Origin: Rickettsiales bacterium
GTDB lineage: Bacteria > Pseudomonadota > Alphaproteobacteria > Micavibrionales > GCA-2720935
DNA: 56,757 nt
NCBI GenBank assembly: GCA_002720935.1
Contig: PBIV01000056.1
Location: forward strand, 1 to 56,757
Direction of reading: 5' to 3'
A program made the translations under genes and the position numbers. Of the stretch, positions 42,153-52,495 are shown piece by piece (the first letter of the stretch is position 1; every line of letters starts with the position of its first letter). The notes under the pieces are model-generated. The model saw nothing but the letters and a program-made list of their open reading frames with translations. It searched no databases and was not told the DNA's origin.

Positions 42153-43624
42153 TGCCAATTTCATTCAACGAAGTTCCAAACGCAATTAGAACGCCATTTG
42201 TATATGTAGAGATTGACGGCTCACAAGCAAGTACTGGCCCTTCTATTATGCCTTATAAAGGATTAATTTTTGGGCAGATGATTTCATCTGGTGCCGCCAC
42301 AGCCGACGAGGTTGTTTTAGTAACAAGCGCTGACAAAGCTTCACAGTTATTTGGCCAAGGCTCAATGTTGCACAGACAGTTTATTAAGTGGTTTGATAAC
42401 AACCCAACAACACCTGTTTATGCATATCCATTTGAGGATCCATCTGGATCAAACAAAGCGACTGGCTCAGTCACATTTGGTGGAACTGCTGATGTTTCTG
42501 GAACATTATCTTTATATATTGCAGGAGAAAGAATCCAAGTTGGCGTCACAAGTGGCGATACTATGGGCGCTATCGCGACAGCAACAGTAAATGCAATCCA
42601 AGCCAATAAGAATTTACCAGTAACAGCAGAAGTTAATGGAGATACTGCTGAGCAGGTTGATATTACGGCCAAAAACGCTGGGCCAGTCGGTAATGAGATC
42701 ACTATTGAATTCAATGTTTACGACGAAGAAACACCTGGTTCGATTAATACAACTATTTCAGCAATGAGTAGCGGTTCTGGTGTTCCTGATTTTTCAGATG
42801 CTTGGGCTGCTTTAGGCGATGAGCATTATAATGTTTGGGTAACACCTTACACAGACAGCGCAACATTAACCGCACTTGAATCTGAATTAGAAGATCGCAA
42901 CAGCCCTCTTATTCAAAGGGATGCCGTTGCCTTTGGAGCGATGTCAGGAACTGTGAGCACATTACAAACTTTTGGAGACGGTAGAAATAGCCGTTTTGTT
43001 TCTATCATGGCAACACAACAAAGTGTTACACCTGCTTATGAGTTTGGTGCTGCTTATGCGGCTGTAGCTGCTTACAATCTTCAAATTGACCCTGCTCGCC
43101 CATTGCAGACTTTAAAATTGGATGGCGTTATTGCACCAAGGCCAAGCAAGAGATATACACAAGCTGAGCGCAATATTCTTTTATTTGACGGTGTTGCCTC
43201 TTGTCTAATTAGTGCAGGCAATGTCGTGTTAATTGAACGTGCAATTACAATGTATCAAGAAAACGCGCTTGGGGCTGACGATACAGCTTACTTGGATGTA
43301 AATACAATCTATACACTTTCATATTTGAGATATGATTTCAGAAACTTTTTCCTGACAAAATTCCCAAGACATAAGCTTGCTAATGATGGCACTAAGTTTG
43401 GCGCGGGTCAGGCGATTATCACACCTAAGACAGCGAAAGCAGAATGTATTAGACGCTTTATTGAATGGGAGCGAATTGGTCTTGTTGAGAATGTGGATCA
43501 ATTTAAAAACGATCTTATTGTTGAAAGAAATGCTTCTGATCCTAATCGCTTAGACTTCTTACTACCACCTAATATCGTTAACCAAGCACGCATTTTTGCT
43601 GCACAAATTCAATACAGACTATAA
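42152..43624 (+). CDS. Contractile tail sheath protein (Mu gpL-like)
   Basis: The N-terminus ISFNEVPNAIRTPFVYVEIDGSQA and the 490-aa length fit. A tube gene follows. Confidence 0.8.
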   Translation: MPISFNEVPNAIRTPFVYVEIDGSQASTGPSIMPYKGLIFGQMISSGAATADEVVLVTSADKASQLFGQGSMLHRQFIKWFDNNPTTPVYAYPFEDPSGSNKATGSVTFGGTADVSGTLSLYIAGERIQVGVTSGDTMGAIATATVNAIQANKNLPVTAEVNGDTAEQVDITAKNAGPVGNEITIEFNVYDEETPGSINTTISAMSSGSGVPDFSDAWAALGDEHYNVWVTPYTDSATLTALESELEDRNSPLIQRDAVAFGAMSGTVSTLQTFGDGRNSRFVSIMATQQSVTPAYEFGAAYAAVAAYNLQIDPARPLQTLKLDGVIAPRPSKRYTQAERNILLFDGVASCLISAGNVVLIERAITMYQENALGADDTAYLDVNTIYTLSYLRYDFRNFFLTKFPRHKLANDGTKFGAGQAIITPKTAKAECIRRFIEWERIGLVENVDQFKNDLIVERNASDPNRLDFLLPPNIVNQARIFAAQIQYRL

Positions 43625-43651
43625 TCATTTTTTAAATAAGGAGTAACTAAA

Positions 43652-44014
43652 ATGGCCAACCGCAGAGCAGGTATCGTATACATCAAAGTAGATGGAAATC
43701 AATATGATGCTAAAGGTAATTTTGAATACAACATCGGCAACAATATTCGTGAAGCTATCGTCGGCTCTGACGGTGTTCATGGATATAAAGAAATGCCTCA
43801 AGTGCCTTTTATCGAAGGTGCAATTACAGACAGCATTGATCTTGACCTTAAAAGCTTACAGCAATCAGACGAAGCAACTGTAACTCTTGAATTGGGTAAT
43901 GGAAAAACAATCATGCTTGAAAATGCATGGTATGCAGGAGAAGGAACGGCTAGTTCTGAAGAAGCTGAAATCCCATTTCGATTTGAAGGCTTAAGAGGCG
44001 AAGAACTCGTATAA
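43652..44014 (+). CDS. Tail tube protein (Mu gpM-like)
   Basis: 120 aa. GIVYIKVDGNQYDAKGNFEYNIG pattern and position. Confidence 0.7.
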   Translation: MANRRAGIVYIKVDGNQYDAKGNFEYNIGNNIREAIVGSDGVHGYKEMPQVPFIEGAITDSIDLDLKSLQQSDEATVTLELGNGKTIMLENAWYAGEGTASSEEAEIPFRFEGLRGEELV

Positions 44015-44042
44015 TTAAATTTTAGAAAGCAGATAAAACACA

Positions 44043-44315
44043 ATGTCAGAGAAACCATATAATCACACATACAAACTTTCCAAAACTGTCACTTACGGCG
44101 ATAAAGAGATCACTGAAATCCATTATCGTGAGCCTAAAGGTAAGGATATGCATGGGCTTAAATTTGGCATGGCAGGAGAAATTGAAATCGGACAGCTTGT
44201 TCTACTTTTTGCAAGAATTAGTGACCAAGCCCCACCATTTTACAATGAGGTTTCCCCTAAAGATTATATGGAACTTGTAGCTATCGCCTCAGATTTTTTG
44301 GGCGGTGGCCAGTAG
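44043..44315 (+). CDS. Tail assembly chaperone (short, in-frame form)
   Basis: Located between the tube and tape-measure genes. Carries a slippery heptamer near its 3' end. Confidence 0.65.
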   Translation: MSEKPYNHTYKLSKTVTYGDKEITEIHYREPKGKDMHGLKFGMAGEIEIGQLVLLFARISDQAPPFYNEVSPKDYMELVAIASDFLGGGQ

Positions 44316-44461
44316 ACTGGCACGATGCTTATGAGCTCTTAGCTGGGCAGCCCTTTAATATTTCTCCCTCCGAATTAGACAATATGAACGCAAACCAGTT
44401 GAACTTCTGGTGCGAAAGGGCTGTTTCGCGCCTAAACAAAGAACAGAAAGATAATAGATAA
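44043..44461 (+). CDS. Tail assembly chaperone, -1 frameshift-extended form (shift at T TTT TTG, 44294-44300)
   Basis: The -1 frame is open from the heptamer to TAA at 44459-61, which overlaps the tape-measure ATG. The extension reads GRWPVDWHDAYELLAGQPFNISPSELDNMNANQLNFWCERAVSRLNKEQKDNR. Confidence 0.6.
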
Positions 44462-46095
44462 TGCAAAAGAAAATATTCCCATTGATGATAAAGATCGGTG
44501 CGAATGTATCCAAGGCGTTATCTCAATTATCTAAAATTGAAAATAAGGTTCGAAATTTTTCCAAGGCCTCTAAAAAGCTAGGGCAAGATTTAACGGTTGG
44601 ATTAAGTCTTCCAATAACTGGTGTTGGTATTGCCTCAATTAAAGCAGCGGGTCAGGTTGAATCAATAACAGTTGCCTTTGAAAGTTTGACTGGAAGTACA
44701 GAAAAAGCGCAAGAAACCGTAAAAAGTTTACTCGACTTCGCAGCAAACACCCCCTTCCAATTTAATCAAATTGCAGGGGCTTCTAAACAGCTTTCAGCCG
44801 CAGGAATAGCAACTGAACAATTAAATGATAAGCTCACTATTTTAGGCGATATTGCTTCTGGTGCTGATGTGCCCCTTAACGAGATGGCTTCCATCTACAC
44901 AAAGGTTAAAAACAAACAAAAAGCCTATTCTGAAGAAATCCAACAATTATCCGATCGAGGCATTCCAATTATTCAGAGCCTTGCAAAGGTTATGAAGGTT
45001 TCGGAATCAAGTGTTTTTGATCTCGCCTCAAAAGGAAAGGTCTCATTTGCGATCATGGAAAAAGCCATGATTAACATGAGATCAGAGGGTGGTGTTTTTG
45101 CCGATCAAATGAAAAAACAAAGCCGAACCATATTTGGTTTGTGGAGTACTTTAAAAGATAATTTGGTAAATGCGAGTGTTGCTTTTGGCGATGTTATTGT
45201 TAAAACAACTGATTTTAAAAACATCATGAACAAAATGATTGCAGGCATTCAAAAAGCGACTGAATGGTTCAAAGCCTTAAGCCCTGAAACTAAAAATTTC
45301 ATTGTATATGCAGGACTTGCCCTTGCCGTCTTGGGGCCTGTTATTTTTGCTTTTGGACAACTTGGTTTTGCCATTGTCGGAATTAGCTCAGCCATAACAA
45401 GCGTAATTGGTATATTTAAGACCTTTGGGGTGGTTCTAAAGTTTGTTGCCGCTAATCCAATAGTTTTACTGCTAACAGCTATCGCAGCTGCTGCATATTT
45501 GATCTATTCAAATTGGAAGCCAATCTCAGCTTTCTTCTCAAATCTATGGCAAAGCGTTACAAATACGACCTCAAACGCTATCAATTATATAGGTTCGATT
45601 TTATCGTCGATAGGCTCTTCAATTTCTTCTTTTGTGACTATGGTCGGAAAAGGGTTCGTGAAACTCCATGAGATACTGATAGCTCCCTTTGTTTTTGCTT
45701 TTGATCTGATTACATCGGGGCTAAATGCGCTGATTGGATTGTTTACCTCTTCTTTTGAAGGGATAGACGATTTATTTACAAATTTAGCAGGTCTTATGAT
45801 TGCACCATTCGAGAATGCTTTTAAATTTATCACTGAAAAAATAGATGGCTTGTTTGATGTGTTTAAAAAAGCTGAGGGCTTTGTAAGCGGATTATTTGGA
45901 TCAGATGATAAGCAAATGGCTCTTAATGCTCCAGTAAGAACGGTAGCAGCTCAAGCACAGTTGGGGCCACGTAACTCACAATCTATTGTTGATGTGAACT
46001 TTAACAACACCCCTCAAGGAACGCGAGTTTATTCACAATCTAAAGGCCCAAGCCTCTTAAATACAAATATTGGTTATCAATTAGCGAGGCCCTAA
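44461..46095 (+). CDS. Tail tape measure protein
   Basis: 544 aa. Helical N-terminus, hydrophobic central segment, and the expected position. Confidence 0.8.
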   Translation: MQKKIFPLMIKIGANVSKALSQLSKIENKVRNFSKASKKLGQDLTVGLSLPITGVGIASIKAAGQVESITVAFESLTGSTEKAQETVKSLLDFAANTPFQFNQIAGASKQLSAAGIATEQLNDKLTILGDIASGADVPLNEMASIYTKVKNKQKAYSEEIQQLSDRGIPIIQSLAKVMKVSESSVFDLASKGKVSFAIMEKAMINMRSEGGVFADQMKKQSRTIFGLWSTLKDNLVNASVAFGDVIVKTTDFKNIMNKMIAGIQKATEWFKALSPETKNFIVYAGLALAVLGPVIFAFGQLGFAIVGISSAITSVIGIFKTFGVVLKFVAANPIVLLLTAIAAAAYLIYSNWKPISAFFSNLWQSVTNTTSNAINYIGSILSSIGSSISSFVTMVGKGFVKLHEILIAPFVFAFDLITSGLNALIGLFTSSFEGIDDLFTNLAGLMIAPFENAFKFITEKIDGLFDVFKKAEGFVSGLFGSDDKQMALNAPVRTVAAQAQLGPRNSQSIVDVNFNNTPQGTRVYSQSKGPSLLNTNIGYQLARP

Positions 46096-47286
46096 ATGAG
46101 TTGGAGAGATAATTATCAACAAGCGAGCTTTAGAGGCGTTCCCTTCTTTGTTGAAAATCATGAGCTAAGCGGTGGCCGAAAAAACGCTTTTCACGATCTG
46201 CCCTATAGAGATCAAGGATTTACTGAAGACTTAGGCAAAAAGAATAAGACCTTTACAATTAGTGCTTACGTCTTAGGAAAGAATTACTTTGAAGATCGAG
46301 ATGCTTTTCTTGATGCTCTTGATGTAGGTGGTCAAGGCGAGCTCGTGCATCCCTATTTGGGGATTAAGACAGTCCATTGTGATTCATACAGAGCTTTAGA
46401 AGAAAGCCAATCTGGCGGAGTTGCTCGTTTTAGTATTACATTTATTGAAGCAAATACAGGACTTTTCCCATCACAGATTATTAATTTTAATAATGCTATT
46501 AACGATAGCGCCTTATCATTGATTTCAAATTCTAAAGCAAGCTTTTTAGAAAACGTTAGTGTGAACAATGTACCCGATTTTGTAAGGCAAGGAATAAACG
46601 ATCCTGTCAATCAATTAGGCTCATTATTGCAAAACTCTATGCCTAAAACGTCTTTCATTGATCAAGGTTTAATCAATCAATCTGCGAGGCTTAACGATGT
46701 ATCCAGAAAATTATCTGTTTATAGCGCTACTGACTATGACAGCGTTTCTATTATTTCAGATGACATATCAACTGCCTTTGAATTAGCGCGAGAAGTATTA
46801 CCGAATGGCTCAATCATGGGCACTTTGAAAAATTACAAGAATATTGATGTCTCATATTTGGTCGAAACAACAGCAAATATTGTCGCAGAAAATCTAAATA
46901 AAAGAGCGACATTAGATTATATTGATAGCGTATCCATTGCTAATCAGGCGCAACAATTAACTGTAACCGATTTCAATTCTTATGAAGATGCCGTATCTCA
47001 AAGGCAAGATTTAGTTGCACAAATTGATACTTCCATCAAAACGGCCGATGATCAAAAATTTAACGATCTAAAAGACCTAAAAGCGAAGATAATGCAGGGC
47101 GTTCCAAACGAGGCTCAATCGCTTCCTAGAATTAATACAGTATCGCTAAATTATCGCCAGAACGCCTTATTAACTTCCTATAGCCAATATGGGACAGCAG
47201 CAAGAGATCAAGAAATAGTGGATAGAAATAGTTGTTCTCATCCAGGCTTTTTACCTGCATCAACTGATTTGGAAACTTTAACATGA
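46096..47286 (+). CDS. DNA circulation protein (Mu gpN-like)
   Basis: MSWRDNYQQASFRGVPFFVENHELSGGRKNAFHDLPYRD is the DNA_circ_N signature. Confidence 0.75.
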   Translation: MSWRDNYQQASFRGVPFFVENHELSGGRKNAFHDLPYRDQGFTEDLGKKNKTFTISAYVLGKNYFEDRDAFLDALDVGGQGELVHPYLGIKTVHCDSYRALEESQSGGVARFSITFIEANTGLFPSQIINFNNAINDSALSLISNSKASFLENVSVNNVPDFVRQGINDPVNQLGSLLQNSMPKTSFIDQGLINQSARLNDVSRKLSVYSATDYDSVSIISDDISTAFELAREVLPNGSIMGTLKNYKNIDVSYLVETTANIVAENLNKRATLDYIDSVSIANQAQQLTVTDFNSYEDAVSQRQDLVAQIDTSIKTADDQKFNDLKDLKAKIMQGVPNEAQSLPRINTVSLNYRQNALLTSYSQYGTAARDQEIVDRNSCSHPGFLPASTDLETLT

Positions 47287-48308
47287 GTGAGATTGTTTTA
47301 AAGCTAGGCGATAAGACATATTCAGGGTGGAAAGCATTTGAGTTTAGTAAGTCTGTAGAAGCACTATCATCTGGCTTTTATTTAAGCTCAGTACATACAG
47401 AAAATTTACAAATTGGCCCAGATACAGAATTAGAAGTCTTTATCAGTAATAACAAAATCCTTTCAGGATATATTGATACTGTGAATTTTAATCTTCAAGG
47501 CGATCAATATGGGATTGATTTCCAAGGTCGAGATAAAGCTTGTGATTTGATCGATTGTTCTGCAGAAGTAAAAAATTACATTAATATTGATTTAAACTCG
47601 ATCGTAAACAACGTTATTAGACCATTTGGTTTTGCCTTTGAAAACCAGACAACAATAAACCCTAAATTTAAGAAATTTGATATTGAGCCTGCAGAGACGG
47701 TTTATGATGTTCTCGATAAGCTATCATCATCAAGTGGCATCTTTTTCAATACAGACGAAAACGGAAATATCATCGCTCAAGATTATGGTGTAACCCAATC
47801 TGGCGGATCACTGATTTTAGGCGATAATGTAGCAAGCATTGAAGTTAATCAAGACTTCACAGACCGCTTTAGCGAGTACAAAGTTGTTGGACAATCTCAA
47901 GGCGATGATTCCCTTTTTGGGGTGGATGCCTCTAGCCCAACAGGAAAAGCAACCGATCGCCGCATTAAAAGATACCGCCCTTTGACAATTCAGCATGATG
48001 AAAACACGACTTACAGCATTGCTAAGAAACGTGCCGAATGGGAAGCAACCGTCAGAGCAACAAGGTCTCTAAATATTAGTGTAAGCGTTCCACTATGGAC
48101 AATTAGCGAAGATAGCAACGTGCTTTGGCAGGTTAATCAAATAGTGTCGCTTAAGGCTGATCAAATCGGACTGAGTGGAAATTTCTTAATCAGCTCATTG
48201 CGCTTTAGTTTGGATGAAAGTGGCTCAAAGACAATATTGGATTTGGTTAGACCAGATGCTTATCAACCGCAACCTATTCTTGAACAAGAAGAAATTGAAA
48301 ATCTATAA
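47283..48308 (+). CDS. Baseplate hub protein (Mu gpP-like)
   Basis: Position and size. 4-nt overlap with the upstream gene. Confidence 0.6.
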   Translation: MSEIVLKLGDKTYSGWKAFEFSKSVEALSSGFYLSSVHTENLQIGPDTELEVFISNNKILSGYIDTVNFNLQGDQYGIDFQGRDKACDLIDCSAEVKNYINIDLNSIVNNVIRPFGFAFENQTTINPKFKKFDIEPAETVYDVLDKLSSSSGIFFNTDENGNIIAQDYGVTQSGGSLILGDNVASIEVNQDFTDRFSEYKVVGQSQGDDSLFGVDASSPTGKATDRRIKRYRPLTIQHDENTTYSIAKKRAEWEATVRATRSLNISVSVPLWTISEDSNVLWQVNQIVSLKADQIGLSGNFLISSLRFSLDESGSKTILDLVRPDAYQPQPILEQEEIENL

Positions 48309-48884
48309 ATGCAAAAACAAACTCTATTCAATAAGGCCATACAAACGCTTGCACGCAAAGTAAGGCTTATTGCTCAAAGGGGCGTTGTTTCGCTGATCAA
48401 TGACAGTAAGAAACTACAACAAATTCAATTAAAGCTCCTTGATGGCGAGGTCCGCTCGGAATTAGAGCGATTTCAAAACTATGGATTTACAAGCGTTCCT
48501 AAAACGGGATCAGAAGCCGCCGTTATATTCGTGAACGGTACAAGAGATCATGGTCTCGTTTTAGCGGTGGATGATAGACGATACAGACTAAAGCCACTTT
48601 CAGCAGGCGAGGTCGCGATCTATACCGATGAAGGCGATAAGATACATTTAAAGCGCAATAACAATATTGAAATCGAAACAAAGACCTTAACTGTGAAAGC
48701 GGATACAAAGGCACGATTTGAAACCCCTATTTTAGAATGCACGGGCCACATAATCGATAATTGCGAAACCAATACACACAACATGGGTGGTATGCGCGAA
48801 ATCTTCAACACCCACAAACATGAAGAAAATCCGAACCTATCAGGTTTAACGGAAGTTCCTAACCAATTAATGGATCAAAAATGA
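48309..48884 (+). CDS. Baseplate assembly protein V / Mu gp45-like spike
   Basis: NYGFTSVPKTGSEAAVIFVNGTRDHGLVLAVDDRRYR...GEVAIYTDEGDKIHL is the Mu gp45 pattern. Confidence 0.75.
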   Translation: MQKQTLFNKAIQTLARKVRLIAQRGVVSLINDSKKLQQIQLKLLDGEVRSELERFQNYGFTSVPKTGSEAAVIFVNGTRDHGLVLAVDDRRYRLKPLSAGEVAIYTDEGDKIHLKRNNNIEIETKTLTVKADTKARFETPILECTGHIIDNCETNTHNMGGMREIFNTHKHEENPNLSGLTEVPNQLMDQK

Positions 48885-49366
48885 GTGATATTGCTAGGTT
48901 CTGGTTTGATTTTGGCGGAGACGTCCAAATCGAACAGGGAGACTTTGTTCTCGATCAAGGATTAAATTCTTACATCATTAATAGTTTATTCGTTGATGGT
49001 CGCGCTTCGCGTGAACAGCTTATTGATAATGAAACCGACCAAAGAGGCTATTGGGCTGACACACCAGATGATCGTCATGGCTCATTACTATGGCTTTTGT
49101 CTCGTGAAAAGATGACAAGTTCTCTTTTAGAGCGAGCAAAAAACTATGCCTTTAACGCTCTTAAATGGCTCATTGATGAAGATATTGCACAAAAGGTTCT
49201 TGTCAGAACATATAGAGCTTCAAACGAGGCCTTGGGCATAGAGGTCGAAATCATAAGAGGCACCGCAACAGCTTATCAATATCTTTGGGATGGCCTTAAT
49301 AAACAAAGCAATTCTCTAAAAATCAATTCAACCTCTTTAGAAATAAGGTTCAACGATGGCGTTTAA
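48881..49366 (+). CDS. Baseplate protein, Mu gp46 family
   Basis: Position, and a DGRASREQLIDNETDQRGYWAD pattern typical of GP46. Confidence 0.65.
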   Translation: MSDIARFWFDFGGDVQIEQGDFVLDQGLNSYIINSLFVDGRASREQLIDNETDQRGYWADTPDDRHGSLLWLLSREKMTSSLLERAKNYAFNALKWLIDEDIAQKVLVRTYRASNEALGIEVEIIRGTATAYQYLWDGLNKQSNSLKINSTSLEIRFNDGV

Positions 49367-50408
49367 AAGACCAAGCTATAATGAAATAATTGATCGTGTA
49401 AAAACAGATGTAGAATCACAATTAGAAACTGGCAAGCTTTTACCAAGATCAACCTTATCTTATATTTGTAATGCTTTCTCAGGTGCTGTTCATGGGCTAT
49501 ATGGCTTTATTGACTGGGCCACAAAACAAATTTTTCCCGATACCGCCACAGCTGAAAATCTTGAGCGATGGGCCGATATTTATGGCCTTTCACGAAAACA
49601 AGCATCTTTTGCAACAGGCGTTCTCACTTTTACTGGCGAGAATGGAAGTGTCATTCCTGAAAATACCGCCATTCGCCGTAAAGACGGATTAACTTATTAC
49701 ACATCTGAAGAAGTAACAATTTCGGACGGTTCTGCATCTGCCTCTGTTACTTGTGATACAGCAGGCACGAATGGTAATACCGCCTCTTCAACTGAATTGA
49801 GTTTAGAGACGTCTATTGAAGGAATTGATACCACAGCAACGGTTGATTCTGATGGCATTACTGGCGGTGGAGATATTGAAAATGATGCCCTATTACGATC
49901 ACGTCTTCTAACACGCATTAAAAAGCCTCCTTATGGCGGTTCAGAACATGATTATGAGCTTTGGGCTTTAGAAGTACCAAACATTACAAGAGCGTATGTA
50001 AAGCCGTTATGGGCAGGTTTAGGAACGGTTGCTGTTTACGTTATCGATGATGATGGGGCAACTGCACCAATCCCAGATAGTGAGACTTTACAAGCGGTCA
50101 CTGATTACATCGAAGAACAAAGACCTGTTACTGCTGATGTTAGTGTTTTTGCACCGACACCAAAGGAATTAGACATCACGCTTTCTATCACACCAGATAG
50201 CACAGCAACGAGACAAGCGGTTGAGGCAAATTTAAAAGATATGCTTCGAAGGGATGCAGCACCTGGTGCAACTATCTATTTAAGCAGAATTAGAGAAGCG
50301 GTCTCTATAGCAACGGGCGAAAACGATAACACAGTCACATCCCCAAGTGCTGACTTCACAACGGCTACGGGCGAAATCGCAGTTCTTGGAGATATTACAT
50401 GGACGTAA
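49356..50408 (+). CDS. Baseplate J-like protein (Mu gp47)
   Basis: Size, position and the N-terminal FKRPSYNEIIDRVKTDVES pattern. Confidence 0.7.
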   Translation: MAFKRPSYNEIIDRVKTDVESQLETGKLLPRSTLSYICNAFSGAVHGLYGFIDWATKQIFPDTATAENLERWADIYGLSRKQASFATGVLTFTGENGSVIPENTAIRRKDGLTYYTSEEVTISDGSASASVTCDTAGTNGNTASSTELSLETSIEGIDTTATVDSDGITGGGDIENDALLRSRLLTRIKKPPYGGSEHDYELWALEVPNITRAYVKPLWAGLGTVAVYVIDDDGATAPIPDSETLQAVTDYIEEQRPVTADVSVFAPTPKELDITLSITPDSTATRQAVEANLKDMLRRDAAPGATIYLSRIREAVSIATGENDNTVTSPSADFTTATGEIAVLGDITWT

Positions 50409-50980
50409 ACCAATATAAAGATCAGCTAAAAAGCTTACTGCCTTCAGGCGATGCCTTCCCACGTGAAGAAGGAACCACCCTAGATCAATTTTTCAATGCG
50501 GTGGCCTTTGAATTAGAGCGAGCCGATGGCCGTGTAGAAGATTTAATCAATGAGGCTTTCCCGCTGACATCTGATGAATTGCTTTATGATTGGGAACGAG
50601 TTCTCGATCTACCTGCTCCATGTATCATTACAACACAAACAAAACAAGAAAGACGTGTCTCTGCTAACTCAAAACTTGGCACTTTAGGCGGGCAATCAAA
50701 GGCTTTTTATAAAGAACTCGCCGCTAGTATTGGATTTGATGTTGAGATTAATGACTATGGTGCTTTCAAAGCTGGAGCCTCAAAGGCAGGCGATAGTGTC
50801 GGGGAAGCTTGGAAATTTGCATTTAACGTCTCAGCCCCTGAAGAAACAATCAAAACATTTAAAGCAGGTAGTGGCTCAGCAGGCGAACCTCTAAGGACTT
50901 GGGGAAATACAGAGCTTGAATGCTTAATCAGTTTATATAAACCCGCTCACACTCTGAGCATCTTTACTTATGGGAGTTAA
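50399..50980 (+). CDS. Tail protein, Mu gp48 / DUF2313 family
   Basis: YKDQLKSLLPSGDAFPREEGTTLDQFFNAVAFELERADGRVEDL is the DUF2313 pattern. Confidence 0.7.
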   Translation: MDVNQYKDQLKSLLPSGDAFPREEGTTLDQFFNAVAFELERADGRVEDLINEAFPLTSDELLYDWERVLDLPAPCIITTQTKQERRVSANSKLGTLGGQSKAFYKELAASIGFDVEINDYGAFKAGASKAGDSVGEAWKFAFNVSAPEETIKTFKAGSGSAGEPLRTWGNTELECLISLYKPAHTLSIFTYGS

Positions 50981-50985
50981 TAAGA

Positions 50986-52041
50986 ATGAAACGTATTGAT
51001 ACACCAACGGCAACCGATATTGAACCTGGTAAAAAAGGTTTCACAGATGGCGAACCATCAACAGGAACGCCAGCCACAACCGTTGATTCTAGTTGGTTAA
51101 ATCAGCTTCAAGAAGAGATCGCTTATGTCATTGAAGAGAATGGGATCACGCTTGATGAAGAAGAGAGCACCCAATTACATCAAGCAATTTCATTGATGTC
51201 CGCCTTTAAAATTAGCGCACTTACTTCCATCACGTCTTTACAAGATACAGATAAAGTTCCCGTTATGGATGATAGCGAGGCAACCGACAGCAATCGCAGT
51301 ATCACGTTCTTAAACTTTGCAACGGCCGTTCTTTCTAAGTTCTCTTTATTTGGCTTTTCTAGTGAGACAACCATCGCCGATAATGACTTCTTGGTCTTTT
51401 CAGATACGAGCAATAGTAACAACAATAAAAAGCTGACTTTTAGCCACTTTGCCACAGCTATTCTTAATAAGCTTTCTTTAAATTCATTTACCACTGAAAC
51501 ATCACTCAATGATGCAGATTTTGTGGTTTTCGCCGATGATTCAAATTCATTGGAAAATAGAAAAGTTTCTTTATTGAACTTTAAAAACTGGATTAATTCA
51601 GGCGTTACAACGCCCGATGCAACAACAACAACCAAGGGTAAAGTTGAATTAGCGACGGATGCTGAAGTAAAAAATGAAACAGCAAGTAAAGTGTTAACAG
51701 CTGATCAAATTAAATATAACAAAGGTATCGCAAAGGCTTGGATAAATTTTGATGGAACTGGTTCAATAACTGTTAACGAACAGCATAATGTTTCAAGCAT
51801 TACCGATCTTGGTACAGGTAAATATCAAATAAATCTATCTATTTCAATGGTCGGCTCTTATGTGGTTATGGTTAGAGATGGTGCAGACAAAGTAACAAGT
51901 AAAGTAATGACTCCTAAAGCGGCAAGTTCTTTTGAAATCAGGACATCGGGTGGATCGAGTGGATATCAGACAAATTCTGACACAGCATATTTGAAAGATG
52001 GCGAAGATATTGACGTTTTAGTTTTTGGTAATATCACATAG
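50986..52041 (+). CDS. Tail fibre protein with three internal tandem repeats
   Basis: Position after the baseplate genes. The N-terminus KRIDTPTA...WLNQLQEEIAYVIE is typical of fibres. About 40-aa repeats span residues ~85-205. Confidence 0.7.
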   Translation: MKRIDTPTATDIEPGKKGFTDGEPSTGTPATTVDSSWLNQLQEEIAYVIEENGITLDEEESTQLHQAISLMSAFKISALTSITSLQDTDKVPVMDDSEATDSNRSITFLNFATAVLSKFSLFGFSSETTIADNDFLVFSDTSNSNNNKKLTFSHFATAILNKLSLNSFTTETSLNDADFVVFADDSNSLENRKVSLLNFKNWINSGVTTPDATTTTKGKVELATDAEVKNETASKVLTADQIKYNKGIAKAWINFDGTGSITVNEQHNVSSITDLGTGKYQINLSISMVGSYVVMVRDGADKVTSKVMTPKAASSFEIRTSGGSSGYQTNSDTAYLKDGEDIDVLVFGNIT

Positions 52042-52054
52042 GAAGGATAGAAAA

Positions 52055-52495
52055 ATGAAACAATTCATAATTATAAACAAAGATAAAACTGTGGGATTAA
52101 TTTCAAGTAATTCGAATAAAGAAGTTCAGAAGGAAATTGACAAGTTCCCCGAAGATAAAAAAGAGAGCTTTGATTTTTTTATTGAAGCTAAGGACATACC
52201 TATCCCGCAGAAATATAACTGGCGAGATGCTTGGTATTATTGTTCAGAAGATAATGCGATAAAAATCGATTTAGAAGAGGCAAAGAAATGCCAAAGAAAA
52301 TTGATCATCAGTAAAGCTATGGAAAGAGTTGAGACAAACGAATGGGGGGAAATGAACCTTTCTGTTGTTCAAGATGAGTTTAAAGAAATCGATTTTGAAT
52401 CAATTGATAACCTAGATGATCTTTACAACACTTGGCCCGCATCAATAGAAAATAGAAAAGAACGCCGTATATACCCAAGATATAAGGAGGATTAA
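52055..52495 (+). CDS. Hypothetical protein after the tail fibre (possible fibre assembly factor)
   Basis: ATG at 52055 with a GGAAGGA RBS. Call by position only. Confidence 0.4.
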   Translation: MKQFIIINKDKTVGLISSNSNKEVQKEIDKFPEDKKESFDFFIEAKDIPIPQKYNWRDAWYYCSEDNAIKIDLEEAKKCQRKLIISKAMERVETNEWGEMNLSVVQDEFKEIDFESIDNLDDLYNTWPASIENRKERRIYPRYKED

